A stretch of 42,782 nt of DNA from Chiloscyllium plagiosum (lineage: Eukaryota). The position numbers and the translations under genes are program-made. Below, piece after piece: positions 34,159-42,782 of the stretch; position 1 is the stretch's first letter, and the number at the start of each line of letters is the position of its first letter. The notes beneath the pieces are model-generated. The model had not been told where the DNA came from. It did no database searches and saw only the letters and a list, made by a program, of their open reading frames with translations. The stretch is from NCBI RefSeq assembly GCF_004010195.1, contig NC_057719.1, positions 89,798,959 to 89,841,740 of the forward strand, written 5' to 3'.

Positions 34159-36589
34159 TATAAGGCAGTCATCCCTCTGAATCTTTATAAATGGCTCCAA
34201 AACTTGGACTATGTGTAGACATCATTTCAATGCCCTGGAGAAGTACCGTCAATGCTGTCCAAGATGGATTTGGAGCATCAGCTGGAAGGACAGGCATACT
34301 AACATCATTCCTGAAGGAGCTATTTAGCAGTAGCCTTAAGACCACGATCATCTGAAACCAACTCCACTGTGCCAGCCACATGTTTAGGATGCCCAAGATC
34401 GAACTGCGAACAAATATTCTTTGTCCGCATCAAAGGCAGCACTCAAATGAGAGGAAAATCAAGGAAGCATGTCTGATACTCCCTGATATATTCCCTCAAG
34501 AAATTCAACGTGGATATCAACGCTTGAGAGACTCTCGCTTAGAAGAAACCAATTCATAAGAAGTTCCTGCATGAAGCAACTCAGTTGTTTGAGAACACCC
34601 TGTGGAGAAGAGAAAGTACAGCAAAGGAACCTGAGAAAGGACTCCCAGCGATTTTTGAGACCAAGGACCTTTCCGTCTCCTAGAAACACCAATTGTGTGG
34701 TCAGAGATGAGGCTCTAGGATCAGGCTCATCGCCCGTACAAGGACTCGCAGAACCCATCACCAGTCGCATGGAACTTCCTCAGTGGGCAATTATACTCAT
34801 TACCTAGTGATTTGTCAACAGTTACTAGGCAAGTCCAATCTCAGACTAAAATTGGACTTAGTGGATCTTTTTTTAAATTTTATGAGGTGACCTTTTTAAT
34901 GAAGCAAGGACCCAGTGCTACAGATTCTGTTTGTACAATAAAACAGAAGTTTATCACACAAATATAATGAAGATAAATTGGAATAAACCAAAATACATAC
35001 TTCTAACACAGGTTAAGCAATGGCAAAGCTAAATTCTGTGTATCCCAATATCATGACTTCACAATACTCCAGTGCCTGATAGAGAGTTCCCTTTTCAATC
35101 ACATCCACTGCCCATGTTTAACAAATTTACTGGATTTCCAGAAGTAACATGACTTCACTTTAGCAAGGCACTTAGAAAATTTTGCCATAACTTCCTTAAC
35201 AGTTTTTAACATTTTCCCTGTACATTCAAAATTTCCCATTTTTGAATAAATGAGTTACATATACCGTTTTCCAACCTAATGGAATCATTTACAAATCTAA
35301 AATTAAAACCAAATGTTAAACTAACACTAGCTAGCTTATCACTGTAGGATGTAGTCCATCAGGAGCCAAGCACTTGTCAGCTCTCAGCTCCAACAGCTTG
35401 CTCAGTATGACATTGACAGTGTGTTCTGCCCTCCTTCCATTTCCTCATTTACAGCTTTTTGTAGAATATTACTCACATCCTGTACAGTGAAGGATGATGC
35501 AAAATACCTGTTCAATTCATCCACGGTTTTGTTATTTCCCAGACTCATAGATCAACGCTCGCTTTAACCTTTTTCAGAAAAAGTCTTTGGAATTTTTTTT
35601 CGTACTCTTAATTTTTTCCTTCATTAGTAATTTGGTTTTATTTGGTTATTCATGCTATAGTTTTCACTTTATCAAAAAAACATCTTTTTATTGAAAAAAG
35701 ACAAGCGGATAAATTGGAGTAATCCAAGCTATCTATTTATAAAACCATTCAAAGATTTTTAAATACAGGAAAGGTATAATTTCATTAATCCCAAGATACT
35801 CCTTTTTATAAACCATATTTTTATGGTACCCAGAAAAACAAAACTTGTGCAATATTCACAAGCATCCTTTTATCTAACACCTTTTTTGGGCTTAAATAAT
35901 TTGTGGCTTTACCTTTTTAGACTGGAGCTATTGTTCACCTGAACAATATACTCTGTTTTAATCCTAACATTTCTAGTCTGGGGCTAGCACTAATGTTTCT
36001 CTCAGAAGTAACCTAGTTTATTCTCTTCTCAAGAGCATGGATCCGTACAGCTGTCCTATTCCAAAAATGTCACAGGGCTGCTACACTCAAAAATGGAGTT
36101 AAACTTGTCTTCTCCCCACTATAGGAATTTCTCAGCAGCATTTTAAAAAAGCAATGTTCCAGTGCCACCTCACAAACCTTGAGGCCCGTTTATTTATTTT
36201 ATTTACTTGCTGGGTTGCAAAGCAATTTAAATAAACAGAAGCCCACTTGTGGTGTACAAAATCCATTCATTCAAATGCAAGGCCTCAAGACTGTTTTTCT
36301 TAAAATAAATCACTATGGCTGCAGAAGTGTTTACAAGTTGATTATTAACTTCAGACACACCAGAAAAACCACCAGTTATTAACGCCAGAATCAGCCAAAC
36401 TCTCAACAAGTAGCATCTTATGTAAATCCTGCAGTTTACTTCCAAACAAATAAAAATGATAACAGAATTCTTGCCTGAAGTCCACAAGGCTCCAGACAGT
36501 GTGTTGATCTTTGTTGGAACATTGCAGCAGGCCAAGGGCCAATATAGGCTGACAGCAACAACAAAGGGGAGAAGGCAAATTACATGTGA

Positions 36590-37170
36590 CTAGAATCTCT
36601 GGGTCACACTTGTAGACTGAATAAAGATATTCTGAAAGTGCAGTTTGCAGTTGGCTTTCCAATCGTAGAACAGGCTACGTTGTGAGTAGTGAATGTAATA
36701 CAGAAGAGGTAGAGGTAAATTGCTGCTTTGTCGAGGAGGTGGTTTTGGGCATTGGACAGTGAGGACAGGTGCTAAAGGGGTCAATATTACACTTTTGTTT
36801 GACAGAAACATGTGGTGAGGGGAAATGTTGAGCGTGGTTTGAGGAGTGGAGTGTTGTGGGAGAAGCAGTTGCTTTGGAATATTGACTGCATGGAAGGGGA
36901 AAATGTGTTTGGTGACATCATGCTGGAGTTGGCAGAAATGCTGGAGGATACTCCTTTTAAATAAGGGGCAGGTGGGGCAGAAGGTGAGGGCCAGTAGAAT
37001 TCTATCACCGTTCTGAAAGGGTTGGGAAGGATTGGGGGCCAATTTTGTCTTATTTATAAGTATGGTCATAGAAATCTATATGTGTGTGGGAAATATGTGG
37101 AATGAGGCTAATGCCCCTCTCAGCCATGTTTGGGTGAGCAGTGGAAATTCCTGGTTGTGGAGAAAGAAAG
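36590..37170 (-). mobile_element. Decayed Penelope-like element fragment (RT C-terminus/linker to GIY-YIG)
   Basis: - strand DRILLALTFCPT..RSILQHFCQLQHD.TKHIFP and YYIHYSQRSLFY, typical of the PLE linker and GIY-YIG start. Confidence 0.65.
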
Positions 37171-37189
37171 GCTTGGTGGAAGCAGTATC

Positions 37190-38338
37190 ACAAAGCCCTG
37201 GAGCTCTACAGCACAGGAAAAGGCCCTTTTGTCCATTATGTCCTCAGCAGTCAAAAACAACCACCTAACTATTCCAATCCCGTTTTCCAGCACCTGATCT
37301 GTAGCTTTGTGGCATCACAAATCCATATTTAAAAAGAACTTGAATGTTGAGGGTTTCTGCCTCAGCTGTCCTTACAGGCACCGAGTTCCAGATTCCCACC
37401 TTCCTTGGGGTGAAAAAGATGTTCCTCACATCTTCTGTAAATCTTATGCCCCTTACCATAAATCTACGACCCTGTTCATTGATTTCTCCATCAACACTCT
37501 ATCTATGCCCTTCATAATCTTATACATCTCAATCATACCCCTTGTTAGTCCCTTCTGTTGTAGGGGAAACAATCCCAATCTGACCACTGTCTCCATAATT
37601 GAAATTCTCCAGCTCAAACAACATCTCCTCTGCACCCTCTCCATGCTGTCATATCCCTCCTATAATGTGAATTCCAGCACCGAACACAATTCAATATTTC
37701 ATACAATTCCAGTATCACCTTCCTGCTTTTAAACTCTGTGCCTCAGCTAGTAAGGCAAGTACACCTTCCGCCATCTTAACCATTTTATCCATCTGTTCTG
37801 ATACCTTTCAGGGACAAGCGCACCAAAGTTCCTCAATATTTCCGAGGGTCCTACCATTCGTTATATATTCACTTGTTTTTGACTTGCCCAAGTGCATAAC
37901 CTCACATATGGATTGAAGTCCATTTGCAGACCAGTATGTCTGCACTTCCCTGGAATCTGAGGTTATCTTTCTCATTATTTACCATCCTAGCAATTTTCAT
38001 ATCATCTGTGAACTTACTGGTTAACCCTCCTGCAGTCAAGTTTAAATGGTTTATATTGGGGATCTTGCTGTTCGTGGTTTATACTGACCACTGTCAGACC
38101 CCTCTGTATGCAGACTTTCTGTTAGAAAACCACTCCTGAATCAACACTCCTGTTTCCTGCCACTCAGCCAATTGTCGATACGGTTGTTGAACCAATAATC
38201 ATTGGTTCACATGGGCTCTTAGCTTTGCTATCAGTCTTCCATGTGGGATTTTATAAAAGAACTTGCTGAAGCCCAAGTAGAATACATCAAAATCATTGCA
38301 TTTACCTACACTCCTGATCACCTCTTCAAAAAGTTCAA
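37190..38338 (-). mobile_element. Old CR1 LINE 3' part
   Basis: acagcacaggaaaaggccctttt terminus, ERVQRR..LFPLQQKGL.RG.IEMYKIMKGIDRV, degenerate RT. Confidence 0.75.
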
Positions 38339-41165
38339 TATAGAACATAGAACAGTACAGCACAGAACAGGCCCTTCAGCCCACGATGTTGTGCTGACCA
38401 TTGATCCTCATGTAAGGTAAACCTAATGTACAAACCCTCAAATTTCTGTGACCATATGCATGTTCAGCAGTCCCTTAAATATCCCCAATGACCTCGCTTC
38501 CACAACTGCTGCTGGCAACGCATTCCATGCTCTCAGAACTCTCTGCATAAAGAGCCGGCCTCTGACATCCCCTCTATACTTTCCACCAAACAGCTTAAAA
38601 CTATGACCCCTCGTGTTAACAATTTCTGCCCTGGAAAAAAGTCTCTGGCTATCAACTCTATCTATGCCTCTCAATATCTTGTACACCTCAGTTAGGTCCC
38701 CTCTCTTCCTCCTTTTTTCCAATGAAAGAAGTCAGAGCTCAGTCAACCTCTCTTTGTAAGATAAGCCCTCCATTCCAGGCAGCATCCTGGTAAACCTCCT
38801 TTGAACCCTCTCCAAAGCATCCACATTTTTCCTATAATAGGGCGCCCAGAACTGGACACAGTATTCCAAGTGCGGTCTAACCAAAGAGCTGCCACAAGAT
38901 CTCACGGCTCTTAAACTCAATCCCCCTGTTAATGAAAGCCAAAACACCATATGCTTTCTTGCCACCCAGGTGGACAGGGTTGTTAATTTTAAGGGATCTA
39001 TGTACCTGCACACCAAGATCCCGCTGTTCCTCCACACTGCCAAGAATCCTGTCTTTAATCCTGTACTCAACTTTCAAATTCGACATTCCAAAATGCATCA
39101 CTTCGCATTTATCCAGGTTGAACTCCATCTGCCACCTCTGAGCCCATCTCTGCATCCTGTCAATGTCACGCTGCAGCCTACAACAGTCCTCTATACTGTC
39201 AACAACACCTCCAACCTTTGTGTCATCTGCAAACTTGCTAACCCATCCTTCAATTCCCTCATCCAAGTCATTAATAAAAATTACAAAGAGTACAGGCCCA
39301 AGGACAGAGCCCTGTGGAACACCACTTACCACTGACTTCCAGGCAGAATACTTTCCTTCCACTACCACTCGCTGTCTTCTGTCGACCAGCCAATTCTGTA
39401 TCCAGATAGCTAAATTTCCCTGTATCCCATTCCTTCTGACTTTCTGAATGAGCTTACCATGGGAACCTTATCAAATGCCTTACTGAAGTCCAAATACACC
39501 ATATCCACCGCTCGACACACTCATCAGCATGTCTAGTAACATCCTCAAAGAACTCAATAAGATTTGTGAGGTGAGGCATGACCTGTCCCCCTCAAAACCA
39601 TGCGGACTGCCTTTAATCAAGCCATGCTCTTCCAGGTGGTCATAAATCCTATCCCTCAGAATCCTTTCTAACACCTTGCAGACGATAGATGTGAGACTGA
39701 CTGGTCTGTAATTGCCAGGGATTTCCCTATTTCCTTTCTTGAAGAGAGGAATTACGTTTGCCTCCCTCTAGTCCTCAGGTACGACTCTGGTGGAGAGCGA
39801 GGATGCAAAGATCTTCGCAAGCGGCGAAGCAATCACATTTTTCACTTCTCAAAGCAGCCGAGGACAAATCTGGTCTGGCCCTGGCAACTTGTCAATCTTA
39901 ATGTTTGTCAAAATTTTCAGCACATCAGCTTCCTCTATCTCTCTCTGTTCCAACATGCTTACCTGCTCCTCAATGGTTTCATTCACTACAAGGTCCTTTT
40001 CTTTAGTAAAGACAGAAGCAAAAAACTCATTTAGGGCTTCCCCTACCTCCTCAGACTCTATACACAAGTTCCCTATACTATGCCTGATCGGCCCTACTCT
40101 TTCTTTGATCATTCTCTTATTCCTCACATACGTGTAAACTGCCTTTGGTTTCTCTAATCCTTCCTGCCAAGCCTTTTTCGTCCCCCCTCCTGGCTCTCCT
40201 CAGACCATTTGAGTTCCTTCCTCACCTGCATGTAATCCTCTAGAGCTGAGCAAGACCCTTGCTTCCTCCACTTTACGTAAACTGCCTTCTTTCTTTTGAC
40301 GGGAAGCTCCACCGCTCTCATCATCCAAGGTTCCTTTATCTTACCCCTTCTTGCACAGTCTCCACATGTCTATAGTGCCCTTTACATGGAACAATTGCTC
40401 CCAGTCCATGCTTCCCAACTCACGTCTGATAGCATCATAGTTTCCTTTTCCCCAATTAAATATTCTCCCCTTGTGCCTGCTTCTCTCCTTCTCCATAGCT
40501 ATGTAGAATGTGAGGCAGTTGTGGTCACTATCGCCAAAATGCTCTCCCAACAAAAGATCTGACACCTGCCCTGGCTCATGGCCGAGCACTAAATCCAAAA
40601 TGGCCTCTCCCCTCGTCGGCCTGTCAACGTACTGAGTTAGGAAACCCTCCTGGACACACCTTACAAAAACAGCTCCTTCCAAACCATCTGCTCGAAGGAG
40701 GTCCCAATCAATATTGGGAAAGTTCAAGTCACCCGTTACAACAACCCTACTACATTCACACTTTTCCAAAATCTGCCAACCTATGCTTTCTTCAATCTCC
40801 CTGCTGCTATTGGGGGGGCTTGCAGTAAACTCCTAATGAGGTGACTGCCCCCTTACTGTTCCTAATTTCCACCCATACTGACTCAGTAGGCAGACCCTCC
40901 TCGACAGTGGTAACTTCTGTAGCTGTGATACCCTCTCTGATTACCCCCCTGAATTCATTGCATGTGGTGTCCCTCAAGGGTTGGCCAGCACGGTGGCTCA
41001 ATGGGCCCCTGAGAAACCCATGTCTCTGTTATGGCCACAACATCATAGCACCAGGTGCTGATCCATGCTCTAAGCTTATCACTTTTATTCCTTATACTTC
41101 TTGCATTAAAGCAAACACACTTTAACCGATCCTTTGGTTCTTTCCCAGGAACTTCCTTCCCACTT
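38339..41165 (-). mobile_element. Younger CR1 (HER1-like) LINE ORF2: APE endonuclease + RT, frameshifted
   Basis: Endonuclease GDLNFPNIDW..PTRGEAILDLVL..SDH; RT GVPQGSVLGPVLFVIFINDL..KFADDTK; RPHLEYCVQFWAP; tail (catagaa)n acagtacagcacagaacaggcccttcagccc. Confidence 0.93.
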
Positions 41166-41293
41166 GGTCAGACCGAACCATGTTGACTGTTCTTGATTAA
41201 CATTACATATTGAACAAAGAAATTCACCAAAGATCTTTAGCTAGCACCTTCCAACCAAAGGACAAGGGCAGCATATACGTGGAAAACAGTCAG

Positions 41294-41977
41294 AAAGTGT
41301 GGTACTGGAAAAGTACAGCAGGTCAGACAGCACTCGAGGAGCAGGCAAGTCAACGTTTTGGGTAGTACCCCTTCATCAGGAATATTGGGGGTGCAGGGGT
41401 GCCCAATGGGGCTGAGCGATAAATAAGAACAGGATGTGGGGGGGTGCGGTTAGGGAGAGGGGAGGTAGCTTGAAACATAATAGGTGGATGCAGGTGAGGG
41501 GAAATCGTGATCGATCGGAGCACAGAGGTGGGAAGGAAGATGGAGAGGTAGGACAGTTCAAGAGGGCGGTTGGATCTAGGATAAGGTGGAGGGAGGGGAG
41601 ATGAGGAAACTGATGAAATCGACATTGATGTCATGTGGTTGGAGGGTCCCTAGGTAGAAGATGAGCCATTCCTCCAGGCATTGGGTGGCCAGAATCTGGC
41701 AGTGGAGGAGACCTCTGACTTATGTGTCCTTGGTGGAGCGGAGGGGGAATTGAAGTGGTCAGCCACAGGGTGTTGGGATTGTTTGGTGCATGTATCCTGG
41801 AGATGTTCTCTGAAATTTTGGTAAGTTAGCATCCTGTTTCCCCAATGTAGAGGAGACCATATCAAGAGCAACACACAGTAGATGAGGTAAAGTGTGGTAC
41901 TGGAAAAGCACAGCCGCTCAGGCAGCATACAAGGAGCAGGAGCGTCAACATTTCCGGCATAAGCTCTTCATCTGGAT
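41294..41977 (-). mobile_element. Penelope-like element 3' fragment (GIY-YIG remnant + 3' UTR) between two direct pseudo-LTRs
   Basis: Repeat aaagtgtggtactggaaaag..ggagcagg..cttcatc at 41294 and 41889; between them - strand FREHLQDTCTKQSQHPVADHFNSPS (PLE endonuclease). Confidence 0.8.
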
Positions 41978-42309
41978 TCCCCTCCAAGCCAGTCACCATC
42001 CAGACTTGGAAACATATTTCTGTTCCTACCCTGTCAATGAATCAGAATCCTGGAAATGCCTCCGTAATGGCATTATGGGCCAATGCACAGAATGTGGACT
42101 GCAGCAAGGTTAAGAAGGCAGCTCGCCATCACCTTCTTAAGCACATGCAATAAAAACACTGGCCTGTCAGTTACACACACATACCGCAAATGGATTTAAA
42201 ACAAAAATGGTCCTCCATGAAGCATTGTATCCATGCATACAGCAAAAACTATTTGCATTTATTTAGCACCTTTGACATAACAAAACCTCTGAAGTCACTC
42301 CACAACCCG

Positions 42310-42782
42310 GCCCCCAACGCCTCATCTTCACCATGGATATCCAATCCCTCTACACCTCCATCCGCCATGACCAGGGCCTCCAAGCCCTCTGTTTTTTCCT
42401 CTCCAGACGTTCCCAACAGTACCCCTCCGCCGACACACTCATTCGTTTGGCCGAACTGGTCCTCACCCTTAACAATTTCTCCTTTGAATCCTCCCACTTC
42501 CTCCAGACCAAAGGGGTAGCCATGGGCACACGTATGGGCCCCAGCTATGCCTGTCTCTTTGTTGGCTACGTAGAGCAGTTGATCTTCCGTAATTACACCG
42601 GCACCACTCCCCACCTCTTCCTCCGCTACATTGATGACTGCATTGGCGCCACCTCGTGTTCCCGCGAGGAGATTGAGCAATTCATCAACTTCACCAACAC
42701 ATTCCACCCTGACCTTAAAATTTACCTGGACCATCTCTGACACCTCCCTCCCCCTCCTGGACCTCCCCATCTCCATCAGTGA
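42310..42782 (+). mobile_element. Penelope-like element reverse transcriptase, 5'-truncated, runs off the window
   Basis: FTMDIQSLYTSI, LNNFSF, GVAMGTRMGPSYACLFVGYVE, FLRYIDD: PLE RT motifs, little decay. Confidence 0.92.

Larger units (their letters stand above)
31530..34790 (+). mobile_element. Degenerate RTE-clade LINE (endonuclease-RT), interrupted by a SINE and a MITE
   Basis: Frameshifted VAFINITKGFDSVSQKARWKALSKVNHPEKFNNFLRLLHD, GISLLSTAGKIL, EIQHQI..SAIFGRI, MYKAVI..KTWT: RTE/BovB-like motifs. Confidence 0.75.

Noticed and set aside
42249..42776. 175-aa antisense ORF
   Set aside because: Shadow frame opposite the Penelope RT; no independent motif.
27582..42782. Next DPF3 exon (PHD1, ..KGPDG..NNYCDFC)
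   Set aside because: No matching sequence found by eye; it presumably lies beyond the window (intron >15 kb), though a miss cannot be fully excluded.

Overview
Eukaryotic genomic DNA from a cartilaginous fish, probably a carpet/bamboo shark (inferred from HE1-type V-SINEs, HER1/CR1 LINEs and the shark-type Penelope repeats). The window holds seven internal + strand exons of the BAF/SWI-SNF subunit gene DPF3 (BAF45C/cer-d4): the Requiem N-terminal domain through the C2H2 zinc finger, including a 42-nt cassette exon that splits the finger. Exon 1 and the PHD-finger exons lie outside the window; exon numbers are by analogy to vertebrate DPF3. Introns are mostly decayed transposons: CR1 LINEs, an RT-less Gypsy LTR element, an RTE LINE, Penelope-like elements (PLE), HE1 SINEs and Tigger-like MITEs. 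The most striking non-coding signal is a family of 100-210 bp PLE-terminus insertions, several with 14-15 bp target-site duplications. They carry minimal hammerhead-ribozyme cores (CTGANGA-a-stem II-GAAACGTC), and two intact cores lie sense in DPF3 intron 2. Also seen: a ~350 bp local fold-back duplication, a duplicated intronic block with a 28-bp micro-inversion flanking a candidate poison exon, and multi-level nested insertions. Repeat boundaries were read by eye and are approximate unless a TSD is given.
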